The notes beneath the pieces were generated by a model. The model saw only the letters and a program-made list of their open reading frames with translations. It did no database searches and had not been told where the DNA came from. This document shows, one piece after another, positions 20,104 to 29,710 of a DNA stretch of 64,000 bases. The stretch comes from Myxococcales bacterium (GTDB lineage: Bacteria; Myxococcota_A; UBA9042; JABWCM01; BTVJ01). Positions within the stretch are counted from its first letter, which is position 1. Every line of letters begins with the position of its first letter. Location: assembly GCA_045863395.1 (NCBI GenBank), contig BTVJ01000020.1, positions 1 through 64,000 of the forward strand. The letters run 5' to 3'. Made by a program: the position numbers and the translations under genes.

Positions 20104-21141
20104 ATGGCCACGTCGCAGCGAGAGAGCGAAACATACACCGTCGGGATCGTGGGCGCCACGGGCCTCGTCGGGCGCGAGATCGCCCGGCTGCTGGCGGAGC
20201 GGCGCTTCCCCGTCGAGGACCTTCTGCTGTTCGCCACGGAGGACTCCGAGGGAACCCGAGTCGCAGTCGGCGAAGATCAGGTCTCTGTGAAGGTCTTGCG
20301 CAGCGGCTGGCACGGAGCAGTGGACCTCGTGTTCCTCGCGGTGCCGCCGGATGTCGCCGCCGTCGAGGGCCGCGCCGCCGCCGCGGAGGGCATCGCGGTC
20401 ATCGACGTGTCGTCGGCGCACCGCTTCGATCCGGACGCGCTGCTCTGCGTGCCGGAGATCAACGGGGCCGCGCTCGACGAGCACGGGGGCATCATCGCGT
20501 GCCCGTCAGCGCCGGTGGCTCCCCTGGCGGTGGCCCTCGCGGCCGTGATCGACCCGCGCCAGATCGAGAGGATCGCGGTGACCGTGCTGCTGCCGGCCTC
20601 CGAAGGCGGCATCCACGCGATGGAGGAGCTGTCCGACCAGTCCATCGCCTTGTTCAACCAGAAGGACATGCCGCTCCAGCACTTCCCGGAGCGGCTCGCC
20701 TTCAACGCGATCCCGGTGGTGGGCACGCTCGGCCCCGATGGCGAGGCCACGGCAGAGGCGTCCCTCCGCGCGGAGCTTCGATCCTTGTTCTCGGCGCCGG
20801 GCCTCGACGTGATCGCGACCGTGGTCCGGGTGCCCCTCTTCTCGGGGCAAGCGGCGTCCGTGGTCGTGGACTGCCGGACCCCGGTGGACAGGCAGGCACT
20901 CAGGGCGCGGCTCTCGGCCTCTCTTGGGTCCCATGGCGTCGAGCTCGTCGACGAGGGGCACGCATCCGAGCAGCCGCTCCCGGGTACCGTGTCCGAGGTG
21001 GACGCCGTCCAGGTGGGCCGGGTCCGCACCCACGGCCCGCGGACCTTCTCTCTCTGGGTGGTCTCGGACAACCTGCGGAAGGGGTCGGCGCTCAACGCGG
21101 TCCAGATCGCGGAGCGCCTCGTGGCGGACGGCCTGCTGTAG
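20104..21141 (+). CDS. Aspartate-semialdehyde dehydrogenase homologue (USG-1-like, catalytic residues altered)
   Basis: GATGLVG Rossmann motif, VPEIN, AFNAIP, VRVP, DNLRKGSALNAVQIAE; NPNC appears as CPSA and GHS as GQA. Confidence 0.88.
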   Translation: MATSQRESETYTVGIVGATGLVGREIARLLAERRFPVEDLLLFATEDSEGTRVAVGEDQVSVKVLRSGWHGAVDLVFLAVPPDVAAVEGRAAAAEGIAVIDVSSAHRFDPDALLCVPEINGAALDEHGGIIACPSAPVAPLAVALAAVIDPRQIERIAVTVLLPASEGGIHAMEELSDQSIALFNQKDMPLQHFPERLAFNAIPVVGTLGPDGEATAEASLRAELRSLFSAPGLDVIATVVRVPLFSGQAASVVVDCRTPVDRQALRARLSASLGSHGVELVDEGHASEQPLPGTVSEVDAVQVGRVRTHGPRTFSLWVVSDNLRKGSALNAVQIAERLVADGLL

Positions 21142-21442
21142 GCTTCGAGGACCGAGAGGGGGCACGCAGCGTGGGAGGAACCCGTGTCTTTTTGACAAAT
21201 TGACACCTGTGTGGTTCGCTCCGGGGGGTTTTGCCATAATGGCAGCCCCCGCCCGGCTCCGAGGAGGCGTCGCGGACCGAGCGCGCCCCTCGATGCCACG
21301 GGTCGAGAGACCAGAAGTCGTGAAGTTGCCGCGGGTTGCGCGGCGCGATGGGCGCGGAGCCGGATGGCACGACCCTTGAATGACGGCCCGGCGCCCTACT
21401 CCGGGCACCGATTGCCAGCCAGTTGAACTGCGAGTCGCACGC

Positions 21443-22918
21443 ATGCTGACCTTGAGCCACCTGCCACGCACCACGCTCCGCGCGGCGGCCCCGCTGCTGG
21501 GCGCCGTGGCGCTCCTGCTCGGTGGACCTGCCCGGGGGCAGGACGCCACCACGGGCGGGACCACGACGGAGCAGGAGGCCATCCCGGACTTCAGGCTCAC
21601 GAAGATCGAGGGGATCCCGTCCTCCATCGACTTTGCGAGCCGCTTTGGCGCCGGCAGCACCCGCTTCGACTTCGAGCACAGGACGAACATCGCCGACTGC
21701 CCTGCCTACAACCTCGAGGATGGCTCGACGACGGGCGCCCTGGAGCACTACGAGCAGGTCACGGGCGCAGCGGAGGAGGACGGGGGGAGCCGGGACGACA
21801 CGTCCGGCGGCTCGGCCGTCGATCCGGGCACCTGCACGCTCGGCGACACCGAGCCACGCGTGAAGATCTCCTGGAGCGGCGACTCCTCGCTTGCGGGCGC
21901 CCAGTGGCGCGCCTTCGTCGGGCACTGCACGAAGGCCACGGACCTCAGCGGAGACGTCGGGACCACGTGCTACGCCCTCACCGACGACACCAAGGCCTTC
22001 TCGTCGGGCAACAACACCTTCGAGGCGCCGCTGACCGTCCTGATCGGCACACAGAAGATCACTGGCAACAGCACCCTGGACGACCGGCGCTGCTGCAGCG
22101 CGACGACCACGGGCGCAGACGGCAACTCGGTCAGCCTGTGGGTCGCCGTCACGGACCCGTCGGGCATCGCCGGCGCCACCTGGCAGAAGGTGGTCTTCGC
22201 GTGGGACTACGTCGCCCCGGGCACGCCGTCCGGGGTGGCGGTGGACGACGCGGGCGAGACCATGAAGGTGAGCTGGAACGCCCCCTCCAACGCGACGGCG
22301 GAGGCGGTGACCTACACGGTCTACTGGGACACCCAGTCCTTCACCTCACGCGGTCAGGCGGGCAGCTCCAAGTCGGTAAGCGGCAAGCTCACCTCGACCA
22401 CCCTGACGGGTCTCGCGGTGGGTACCACCTACTACGTGGGGGTCGGAGCGACCGACGACTTCGACAACGAGGGGCCCCTGTCCAGCGTGGTGAGCGGCAC
22501 GCCGGTGGAGACCCAGGACGGCTTCGAGCGGTACAAGTCAGCGGGAGGCGGCGAAGAGGGTGGGTACTGCTTCGTCGCCACCGCCGCCTATGGCAGCCCT
22601 CTTCACCCGCACGTCCAGCTGTTGCGCGGCTTCCGGGACTCGTGGCTCCTGACCAACGAGCCGGGGCGCGCCTTCGTGAGCTTCTACTACGCGAACGGCC
22701 CGCGCTGGGCCTCGTTCGTGGCTCCGTCGAGCCCGCTCCGCGTGGTCGTACAGGTCCTGCTGGTGCCCCTGCTGCTGCTCGCCTGGTTCCTGGTGAAGCT
22801 GACGCTTCTTGAGAAGGTGCTGGTCGTCGCCGCCCTGTGGATGGCGCGGCGCGTCGTGCGCGAGGTGCTGCGCCGACGCTACTGGGCGCCACCGCTAGTC
22901 CCCACGAGGAGGTCTTGA
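21443..22918 (+). CDS. Secreted fibronectin type III protein with CFI-box-CTERM domain
   Basis: Signal peptide; Fn3 (VSWNAP..YTVYW..LTGL..YYVGV); GYCFVATAAYGS..LRGFRD..GRAFVSFYY..GP followed by TM and basic tail. Confidence 0.85.
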   Translation: MLTLSHLPRTTLRAAAPLLGAVALLLGGPARGQDATTGGTTTEQEAIPDFRLTKIEGIPSSIDFASRFGAGSTRFDFEHRTNIADCPAYNLEDGSTTGALEHYEQVTGAAEEDGGSRDDTSGGSAVDPGTCTLGDTEPRVKISWSGDSSLAGAQWRAFVGHCTKATDLSGDVGTTCYALTDDTKAFSSGNNTFEAPLTVLIGTQKITGNSTLDDRRCCSATTTGADGNSVSLWVAVTDPSGIAGATWQKVVFAWDYVAPGTPSGVAVDDAGETMKVSWNAPSNATAEAVTYTVYWDTQSFTSRGQAGSSKSVSGKLTSTTLTGLAVGTTYYVGVGATDDFDNEGPLSSVVSGTPVETQDGFERYKSAGGGEEGGYCFVATAAYGSPLHPHVQLLRGFRDSWLLTNEPGRAFVSFYYANGPRWASFVAPSSPLRVVVQVLLVPLLLLAWFLVKLTLLEKVLVVAALWMARRVVREVLRRRYWAPPLVPTRRS

Positions 22919-22921
22919 GCG

Positions 22922-23644
22922 ATGGGCGTCCGCCTGTTTGCTCCCATTGCGCTCGCTGCCACGGTGGTCGGGGTCTCGACCCCGGCGGTCGCGGAGCGCA
23001 TCGAGTCGCCCATCAACTGGCAGTTCGAGATCAAGATGGGCCCCTACAAGGCGTCCATCGACGACGAGTTCGGCGGCGCGGCGTCACCCTTCACCGACAT
23101 CTACGGGTCGAGCGACGTCCTCATGGGCCTCGTAGAGGTGGACTACCAGTTCTGGCGAGGGGTGGGCTCGCTGGCGGTGGGAGGCACCATCGGGTACGCG
23201 CTGGACAACGGCACCGCGATCATCCAGGGCACCGAGACCAAGTCCAACGACGAGACGAGCTTCAATGTCGTCCCGATGCAGCTCTCGCTGAACTACCACT
23301 TCGACTACCTGGACGTGAAGTTCGGGGTGCCGCTGGTGCCCTTCTTCAAGATCGGGCTCGACTACTGGGTGTGGTGGTTCCGGGACTCGGCGGGGGACAC
23401 GCCCAAGTTCGGCGGCGGCGAGGGCTCCGGGGGGACGTTCGGCTGGCACTGGTCGGCCGGCCTCAAGATCAACCTGGACTGGATCGACAACGACTCGGCC
23501 GTCGCCATCGACAACGAGTTCGGCGTCAACAACAGCTACCTGTTCGGGGAGTTCATGTGGGCCGACGTCGACGACTTCGGCAGCTCCAGCTCCCTGCGAG
23601 CCGGCGACCACACCTTCTTCTTCGGGCTCGCCTTCGAGCTCTGA
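22922..23644 (+). CDS. Outer-membrane beta-barrel protein (resembles the MXAN_2562 family)
   Basis: Signal peptide, alternating aromatic beta-strands, C-terminal FFFGLAFEL; family name recalled, not searched. Confidence 0.75.
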   Translation: MGVRLFAPIALAATVVGVSTPAVAERIESPINWQFEIKMGPYKASIDDEFGGAASPFTDIYGSSDVLMGLVEVDYQFWRGVGSLAVGGTIGYALDNGTAIIQGTETKSNDETSFNVVPMQLSLNYHFDYLDVKFGVPLVPFFKIGLDYWVWWFRDSAGDTPKFGGGEGSGGTFGWHWSAGLKINLDWIDNDSAVAIDNEFGVNNSYLFGEFMWADVDDFGSSSSLRAGDHTFFFGLAFEL

Positions 23645-23660
23645 GCCGGGCGCCGCGCCC

Positions 23661-24398
23661 ATGCCTCACATCAAGCTCCTCATCGAGTTCGACGGGACCG
23701 ACTTCCACGGCTGGCAGCAGCAGGCCGAGCAGCGCACCGTCCAAGGGGTGCTCGAGGAGGCCATCGCCTCCATGAACGGGGAGCGCACGCCCGCCCGCGC
23801 GTCGAGCCGTACGGACGCGGGGGTCCACGCCCGTGCCATGCCGGTCTGCTTCCGCGCCGGCCGGAGCATCCCGCCCCGCGGCTGGCTGCGAGGGCTCAAC
23901 TCGCTTCTGCCCCGAGACCTGAGCGTCCACAGCGTGGAGGAGGTCGCGGACGACTTCGACCCCCGACGCTCGGCGAGGGGCAAGACCTACCGCTACCGCA
24001 TCTGGAACGCGCCCCACCCGAGCGCTCTGGAGGCACGCACGTCCTGGCTGGTCCATCCCCCGCTGGACCTTGACGTCATGCGCCAGAGCGCGCAGCCTCT
24101 GCTCGGCGAGCACGACTTCAGCGCGTTCCGGGCTGCACACTGCGACAGCCGCAGCACGATGCGCCTCGTGGAGGACATCACGGTCCAGGGGGCGGGCGCG
24201 ATCATCGAGATCGCGATCACGGCCAACGCCTTCTTGCGCAACATGGCGCGCATCGTCGCGGGGACGCTCGTGGAGGCAGGGCTGGGGCGCCGGAGCCCAA
24301 CCGACGTCGCCCTTGCCCTCGCGTCGGGGGAGCGTGCCAGGGCGGGAGTGACGGCCCCCCCGCATGGCCTGTTCCTGGAGGAGGTGCGCTACCCTTGA
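23661..24398 (+). CDS. truA: tRNA pseudouridine(38-40) synthase
   Basis: FDGTDFHGWQ, SRTDAGVHA, GEHDFSAF, AFLRNMAR, TAPPHGLFL. Confidence 0.97.
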   Translation: MPHIKLLIEFDGTDFHGWQQQAEQRTVQGVLEEAIASMNGERTPARASSRTDAGVHARAMPVCFRAGRSIPPRGWLRGLNSLLPRDLSVHSVEEVADDFDPRRSARGKTYRYRIWNAPHPSALEARTSWLVHPPLDLDVMRQSAQPLLGEHDFSAFRAAHCDSRSTMRLVEDITVQGAGAIIEIAITANAFLRNMARIVAGTLVEAGLGRRSPTDVALALASGERARAGVTAPPHGLFLEEVRYP

Positions 24399-25120
24399 AC
24401 CAGACCCGGCTCGTCCTCTACAACGCGGTGGCCCTGCCCATCATGTACTCGGCCACGGCGCTGTACGCGCTCGTCGGGGGCCTGTCGACGCTGATCTCGC
24501 CGAGCGGGCGCCTCTACATGAAGACGGCGCGCGCCTGGTCCCGCATGCTGCTCCGCATGAGCGGCACGACGATCTCGTCCCGAGGCACCGACGGCGTGGA
24601 CTGGTCCCGCCCCTTCATCCTGATGAGCAACCACCAGAGCCACTTCGACATCCCGTGCCTGTTCGCCACGGTGCCCGTGGACCTGCGCTTCCTGTCGAAG
24701 CACGTGCTGGCCTGGATCCCCATCTTCGGCTGGTCCATGTGGGCGGCGGGCTTCATCTTCATCAACCGCAGCGACCAGAAGAAGGCGTTCGCGAGCATCG
24801 ACAAGGCCATCAGGACGGTCCGCGAGGGGCGGAGCATCGTCGTCTTCCCCGAGGGGACGCGCAGCAAGGACGGCGCGCTCAAGGACTTCAAGAAGGGCGC
24901 GTTCCACATGGCCGCAGAGGCGGGCGTGCAGATCGTGCCGGCGTGGGTGGAGGGCTCGCGCCACATCATGCAGAAGAACAGCGGCCTCGTCCGCCCGGGC
25001 ACGCACGTCGACGTCCGCTTCGGGAGGCCCTTCCTCGTAGACCCGCGGGAGCCGGACGCCAAGGCCACCATCGCGGCTCGGGTGCGATCCGAGCTGGAAC
25101 GGCTCTCCACCCTCGGCTGA
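24395..25120 (+). CDS. plsC: 1-acyl-sn-glycerol-3-phosphate acyltransferase (PlsC family)
   Basis: NHQSHFD (HX4D) and FPEGTRS motifs; overlaps the truA stop. Confidence 0.9.
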   Translation: MNQTRLVLYNAVALPIMYSATALYALVGGLSTLISPSGRLYMKTARAWSRMLLRMSGTTISSRGTDGVDWSRPFILMSNHQSHFDIPCLFATVPVDLRFLSKHVLAWIPIFGWSMWAAGFIFINRSDQKKAFASIDKAIRTVREGRSIVVFPEGTRSKDGALKDFKKGAFHMAAEAGVQIVPAWVEGSRHIMQKNSGLVRPGTHVDVRFGRPFLVDPREPDAKATIAARVRSELERLSTLG

Positions 25121-25221
25121 CAGTTACAATCAGCCGCGATCATCTCGCCGGATTTTCGGGAAGCCGCGTGCCTGGGTGGTGGAGCGGGTGCCCAGAGGGG
25201 CTGGAGACCGGAAACCGTGGA

Positions 25222-26001
25222 TCAGCGAGCGCTCACCTGCTCGACCTCGTCCAGCAGCATGTCCAGATCCTGCACGAGGACGTGGCGCCCGCGGAACTCG
25301 GCGACGCCGTCCTCCTCCAGCGCCTTGGTGGTGCGCGCGATGGTCTCGGGGCGCGTGCCGAGCATGGCGGCGATGTCCTGGCGGGCGAGCGGTAGCTCGA
25401 TGACCAGCGTCCCATCCTCGTCCACGGTGGCGCAGCGATCCTTCAGCACGAGGAGCAGGTGCGCGACCCGAGCGCGGACGGGCAAGGACGCGGCCGCGAG
25501 GCGCTGGTCCTCCGAGTCGCGCAGATCGTCGGAGATGCGCTTGAGGAACCGCATCCCCAGCGCGGGGTTGAGGTCGAGCAGCCGGCGCACCGCCGCCCGG
25601 TCCACGAAGCAGATCCTGGCCTCGGTGAGCGCCTCGGCGCTCGCCGTGTAGCCGCCTCCCGAGAAGTAGGTCCGGTACCCGAGGGTCTGCCCCTCATGGG
25701 CCAGGCGCACCAGCACGGAGTTGCCCGCGGCGTCCGTCTTGCGGATGGCGACGGTCCCCGACTCGATGCAGTACACGCCCAGGCACGGGTTGCCCTGGTA
25801 GAAGATGATCTGACCTGGCCGGTAGGTGTTGCAGATCTTGGAGTCATTGAGGCTCGAGACCTCGTCCTCCTGGAGAACGCCCCACTCCGACGCCGGGCGC
25901 ATCTGGCACGTGAAGCAACTGTCCCCCGAGCCGCCCTTGCCACGGGCAGGCTCGTGACGACACCCGTCAGACCCTGTGAACAGCTTGTCCCTGCGCTCCA
26001 C
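25222..26001 (-). CDS. FNR-like Crp/Fnr family transcriptional regulator
   Basis: N-terminal Cys cluster (C..CFTC), central RIC Cys, cNMP fold, HTH RQDIAAMLGTRPETIAR; divergent from the cco operon. Confidence 0.9.
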   Translation of the reverse strand: MERRDKLFTGSDGCRHEPARGKGGSGDSCFTCQMRPASEWGVLQEDEVSSLNDSKICNTYRPGQIIFYQGNPCLGVYCIESGTVAIRKTDAAGNSVLVRLAHEGQTLGYRTYFSGGGYTASAEALTEARICFVDRAAVRRLLDLNPALGMRFLKRISDDLRDSEDQRLAAASLPVRARVAHLLLVLKDRCATVDEDGTLVIELPLARQDIAAMLGTRPETIARTTKALEEDGVAEFRGRHVLVQDLDMLLDEVEQVSAR

Positions 26002-26020
26002 TTGGACGAACCCCGTGTTC

Positions 26021-26034
26021 TTGATCCAGATCAA
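26021..26034. promoter_or_regulatory. FNR box (perfect consensus)
   Basis: TTGAT-CCAG-ATCAA. Confidence 0.88.
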
Positions 26035-26040
26035 CCCGCA

Positions 26041-26058
26041 CCTTGATCGATGCCAAGG
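26041..26058. promoter_or_regulatory. Second, imperfect FNR-like box
   Basis: CC-TTGAT-CGAT-GCCAA-GG, centred 22 bp from the first box. Confidence 0.6.
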
Positions 26059-26123
26059 CGCCTCACAATGCCCCCCGGTACAACCCTCCACTGTTCCGGT
26101 CTCCTCCGGAGCTGGGAGGCATC

Positions 26124-26546
26124 GTGACCACGCGCGCCGCGAATACTAGCCATGTTGCCACCACCATCGCCACCCTGGAGGCGACGGAAGAGGTCACGAG
26201 GCTCCGATTTCCTCAAGGTCAGATCCTGCTGTACCAGACCCACCTGCCGCCAGGCGCCTTCGTATTCCTCCGTGGGTCTCTGCGGCTGGAGGATACCCAC
26301 TCGCGCGGCGCCCACAAGGCCACGCTGAACGTAGTGGTGCGTCCAGACCGGCCGCTGGTGGTGCCTCCGGCGGACGAGCTCGACCTCCCGGCAGGAGTCA
26401 CCGTGTACCTCCACACCGACTCCGAGGTGCTCTTCATCCCACGTACCCTGCTGCACGCGCAACCAGAAATCGCGCAGCTCCTCGACGATGCGGGGCTGCC
26501 CACCTGTTCGCTCCAGTCCGTCTCGCACACATGGGAGTCTGCATGA
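26124..26546 (+). CDS. Stand-alone cNMP-binding-like domain protein, first gene of the cco operon
   Basis: GGGAGG RBS and GTG; FPQGQILLYQ..GAFVFLRGSLRL..DSEVLFIPR resembles the Crp sensory barrel; no HTH; ATGA overlap with ccoN. Confidence 0.6.
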   Translation: MTTRAANTSHVATTIATLEATEEVTRLRFPQGQILLYQTHLPPGAFVFLRGSLRLEDTHSRGAHKATLNVVVRPDRPLVVPPADELDLPAGVTVYLHTDSEVLFIPRTLLHAQPEIAQLLDDAGLPTCSLQSVSHTWESA

Positions 26547-28792
26547 ACGCGCCGTCCGGCCGGCTCGACAAGTTCGTCTACGATGACGCGATCGTGAGGA
26601 AGTTCACGATGGCGACGGTGATCTGGGGGGCGGTCGGCATGCTCGTCGGCCTGATCCTCGCGCTCCAGCTCGCGGTCCCGGCCCTCAACCTGGGGCTCCC
26701 CTGGACCACCTTTGGCCGCCTGCGCCCGCTGCACACCAACGCAGTCATCTTCGCATTCGCCGGAAACGCGGTGTTCGCGGCGATCTACTACTCCTCGCAG
26801 CGGCTGCTCAAGGCTCGCATGTTCAACGACCTGCTGAGCAGCCTGCACTTCTGGGGCTGGCAGCTCATCATCGTCGCGGCGGCCATCACCCTCCCCCTGG
26901 GCTACACCCAGGGCAAGGAGTACGCCGAGCTGGAGTGGCCCATCGACCTCGCCATCGCGCTGGTCTGGATCATCTTCGCCGTCAACTTCTTCGGCACCAT
27001 CTTCCGCCGCCGCGAGCGCCACCTCTACGTGGCCATCTGGTTCTACATCGCGACCGTCATCACCGTGACCCTGCTGCACGTCTTCAACAGCCTGGTCATC
27101 CCGGCCGGGCTCCTGAAGAGCTACTCCGTGTACTCGGGCGTCCAGGACGCCTTCATGCAGTGGTGGTACGGCCACAATGCCGTGGCCTTCGTGCTGACGA
27201 CCCCGTTCCTCGGGCTGATGTACTACTTCCTGCCCAAGGCGGCGAACCGGCCGGTCTTCTCCTACAAGTTGTCGATCCTGCACTTCTGGTCCCTGGTGTT
27301 CCTCTACATCTGGGCGGGTCCACACCACCTGCACTACACGGCGCTCCCGGCCTGGGCCGCGACCCTCGGCATGCTCTTCAGCGTCATGCTCTGGATGCCG
27401 TCCTGGGGCGGCATGATCAACGGCCTGCTCACCCTGCGCGGCGCGTGGCAGAAGGTCGCCGAGGACCCGGTCCTCAAGTTCTTCGTCGTCGGCGTCACCT
27501 TCTACGGCATGAGCACCTTCGAGGGGCCGCTCCTGTCCGTGAAGAGCGTCAACTCCCTGTCCCACTACACGGACTGGACCATCAGCCACGTCCACGGCGG
27601 CGCCCTCGGCTGGAACGGCTTCATGACCTTCGGGATGGTCTACTGGCTCGTCCCGCGGCTCTTCCAGGCCAAGCTGTGGAGCAGGAAGGCCGCCGAGGTG
27701 CACTTCTGGATCGGCACCGTCGGCATCGTGCTCTACATCGTCTCCATGTGGACCGCCGGCATCACCCAGGGGCTCATGTGGCGCGCCTTCGACGCGACGG
27801 GCCGCCTGCAGTACCCCGACTTCGTCGAGACCGTCATCAAGCTCATGCCCATGTACTGGGTGCGCGCGCTGGGCGGCACGCTCTTCCTCGCGGGCGTCAT
27901 CCTCATGATCGTCAACGTCTTCATGACCTGGGCGCGCCGCCCGAAGGTCTACGACGAGCCGGTCGTCGAGGCCGCGCCGCTGGATCCGAGCCACGTGGAG
28001 GACACCACGGCGCCGTCGCCTCTGCGCCAGGACGGTGCGGCCGTCGCGCACGTCGCCTACTCGCTGGAGCGCTTCTTCGCGGCGAGGTGGCACCGCCGCT
28101 GGGAGGGCCTGCCCGTCCTGTTCACGGTGTGGACGGCCGTCGCGGTCATCGTGGCGTCCCTGTTCGAGATCGTGCCGACCTTCCTGATCAAGTCGAACGT
28201 GCCGACCATCGCCTCCGTGGCGCCCTACACCCCCCTGGAGCTGGCGGGCCGTGACCTCTACATCGCCGAGGGGTGCTACAACTGCCACTCCCAGATGGTC
28301 CGCCCGTTCCGCGACGAGACGGAGCGCTACGGCGAGTACAGCAAGCCGGGTGAGTTCGTCTACGACCACCCGTTCCAGTGGGGCAGCCGCCGCATCGGGC
28401 CGGATCTGCACCGGGTGGGCGGCAAGTACCCGCACCTGTGGCACGTGCGGCACATGGAGGACCCGAGGTCGACCACGCCGCAGTCCATCATGCCGCCGTA
28501 CAAGCACATGCTGACGGACGACCTGGACCTCGATGCCCTGGAGGCCGGCGTCAAGGCCATGGTGACCCTGGGCGTGCCCTACCCGCCCGAGGTGGTGGCG
28601 GGCGCGAAGGAGCACGCCATGGCGCAGGCGGACACAATCGCCGCGGAGATCGTCGCGCAGGAGGGTCCCGCGGGCCTCGGGCGCAAGAACATCATCGCGA
28701 TGATCGCCTACCTGCAACGTCTCGGGACGGACATCAAGGCGAAGCCGCCGGAGGCCCCGGCGCCCGACGGCGCCAAGATGGCGGCGCGGTGA
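26543..28792 (+). CDS. ccoN: cbb3-type cytochrome c oxidase, fused subunits I/II (CcoNO)
   Basis: GRLRPLHTN, QWWYGHN, GPHHLHY, HVH; C-terminal CcoO with CYNCH and WGSRRIGPDL. Confidence 0.97.
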   Translation: MNAPSGRLDKFVYDDAIVRKFTMATVIWGAVGMLVGLILALQLAVPALNLGLPWTTFGRLRPLHTNAVIFAFAGNAVFAAIYYSSQRLLKARMFNDLLSSLHFWGWQLIIVAAAITLPLGYTQGKEYAELEWPIDLAIALVWIIFAVNFFGTIFRRRERHLYVAIWFYIATVITVTLLHVFNSLVIPAGLLKSYSVYSGVQDAFMQWWYGHNAVAFVLTTPFLGLMYYFLPKAANRPVFSYKLSILHFWSLVFLYIWAGPHHLHYTALPAWAATLGMLFSVMLWMPSWGGMINGLLTLRGAWQKVAEDPVLKFFVVGVTFYGMSTFEGPLLSVKSVNSLSHYTDWTISHVHGGALGWNGFMTFGMVYWLVPRLFQAKLWSRKAAEVHFWIGTVGIVLYIVSMWTAGITQGLMWRAFDATGRLQYPDFVETVIKLMPMYWVRALGGTLFLAGVILMIVNVFMTWARRPKVYDEPVVEAAPLDPSHVEDTTAPSPLRQDGAAVAHVAYSLERFFAARWHRRWEGLPVLFTVWTAVAVIVASLFEIVPTFLIKSNVPTIASVAPYTPLELAGRDLYIAEGCYNCHSQMVRPFRDETERYGEYSKPGEFVYDHPFQWGSRRIGPDLHRVGGKYPHLWHVRHMEDPRSTTPQSIMPPYKHMLTDDLDLDALEAGVKAMVTLGVPYPPEVVAGAKEHAMAQADTIAAEIVAQEGPAGLGRKNIIAMIAYLQRLGTDIKAKPPEAPAPDGAKMAAR

Positions 28793-28795
28793 GAC

Positions 28796-29011
28796 ATGCG
28801 GCTGTCGGACATCATGAGCCGCATGGGGCTGACCACCTGGGCAGAGGTCGCCCTGGTCATCTTCTTCGGGGTGTTCGTGGGGATAGCGATCTACGTGTTC
28901 GCGGTGCGCAAGCGGAGCCGCTGGGAGAAGGCGCGATACCTGCCGCTGGAGCAGGACCCGCCGGCGGGCGACGACGACCAGGGGAGCGGTCAGGGACCGA
29001 AGGACGAGTGA
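28796..29011 (+). CDS. ccoQ: cbb3 oxidase subunit CcoQ
   Basis: Small single-TM protein with an ARYLPL motif, between ccoO and ccoP. Confidence 0.85.
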   Translation: MRLSDIMSRMGLTTWAEVALVIFFGVFVGIAIYVFAVRKRSRWEKARYLPLEQDPPAGDDDQGSGQGPKDE

Positions 29012-29018
29012 GGGTGAC

Positions 29019-29678
29019 ATGAGCGACGCGCAGGACAAGCTTCTCGTCGACCACGACTACGACGGGATCCAGGAGTACGACAACCCCATGCCGCGGTGGT
29101 GGCTCGGGCTGTTCTACGGGACCATCGTGTTCTCCTTCGTGTACGTGGCCTACTTCCACGGAGGCCCGGGGCTCTCGGAGGTCGCGGCCTACGAGGCGGA
29201 GATGAAGGCCTTCTACGAGTGGGAGGCCGAGCAGGCGCTGGCGGCGGGTGAGGTGACCGAGGAGTCCATCAGCAAGCTCATGGCAGACGAGGGCATGGTC
29301 CTGAGCGGCCGAGCTGTCTACGAGGCGAAGTGCCAGGACTGCCACGGCCCGCGGGGCGAGGGCAAGATCGGCCCGAACCTCACAGACGACTACTGGCTCC
29401 ATGGGGCGCGGCTCGTCGACATCCACAAGACGGTGTCCGAGGGGGTCAAGGACAAGGGCATGGAGGCCTGGAAGCGCAAGCTCAAGCCGGACGAGCTGCT
29501 CAAGGTGGTCGCGTACGTGGGCACGCTGCGAAAGACCCACGTCGAGGGCAAGGCGCCGCAGGGCGACAAGGTGGACTGGGAGGCCCTGGCGCCGCCGAGC
29601 GAGCCGGCGGGCGGCGCGTCCGGCGCGTCCGGCGCGGCCCCCGTGGCCCCCGTGGCCCCCGCGGTCCAAGGGCAGTAG
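29019..29678 (+). CDS. ccoP: cbb3 oxidase subunit CcoP (monoheme)
   Basis: HDYDGIQEYDNPMPRWW; single CQDCH; GPNLTDDYWLHG. Confidence 0.93.
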   Translation: MSDAQDKLLVDHDYDGIQEYDNPMPRWWLGLFYGTIVFSFVYVAYFHGGPGLSEVAAYEAEMKAFYEWEAEQALAAGEVTEESISKLMADEGMVLSGRAVYEAKCQDCHGPRGEGKIGPNLTDDYWLHGARLVDIHKTVSEGVKDKGMEAWKRKLKPDELLKVVAYVGTLRKTHVEGKAPQGDKVDWEALAPPSEPAGGASGASGAAPVAPVAPAVQGQ

Positions 29679-29710
29679 CGCAGCAGGGTGAAGGGGGCCC
29701 CAGGAGCACC

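Noticed and set aside
21192..21240. Tandem TTGACA hexamers and CATAAT upstream of the Fn3 gene
   Set aside because: Spacing between the -35 and -10 candidates is far from 16-18 nt, so no sigma70 promoter can be called
26219..29038. Very long antisense or alternate-frame ORFs (also 3555-5189, 11548-13755, 41909-44272, 56311-58842)
   Set aside because: Shadow ORFs expected in high-GC DNA opposite well-supported genes
29612..29662. 9-bp tandem repeats in the ccoP tail (similar ones near 59740 and in lipoprotein linkers)
   Set aside because: In-frame low-complexity linker coding with no frameshift potential
26543..29678. ccoN-ccoO fusion and monoheme CcoP as novelty
   Set aside because: Known arrangement in several bacterial lineages
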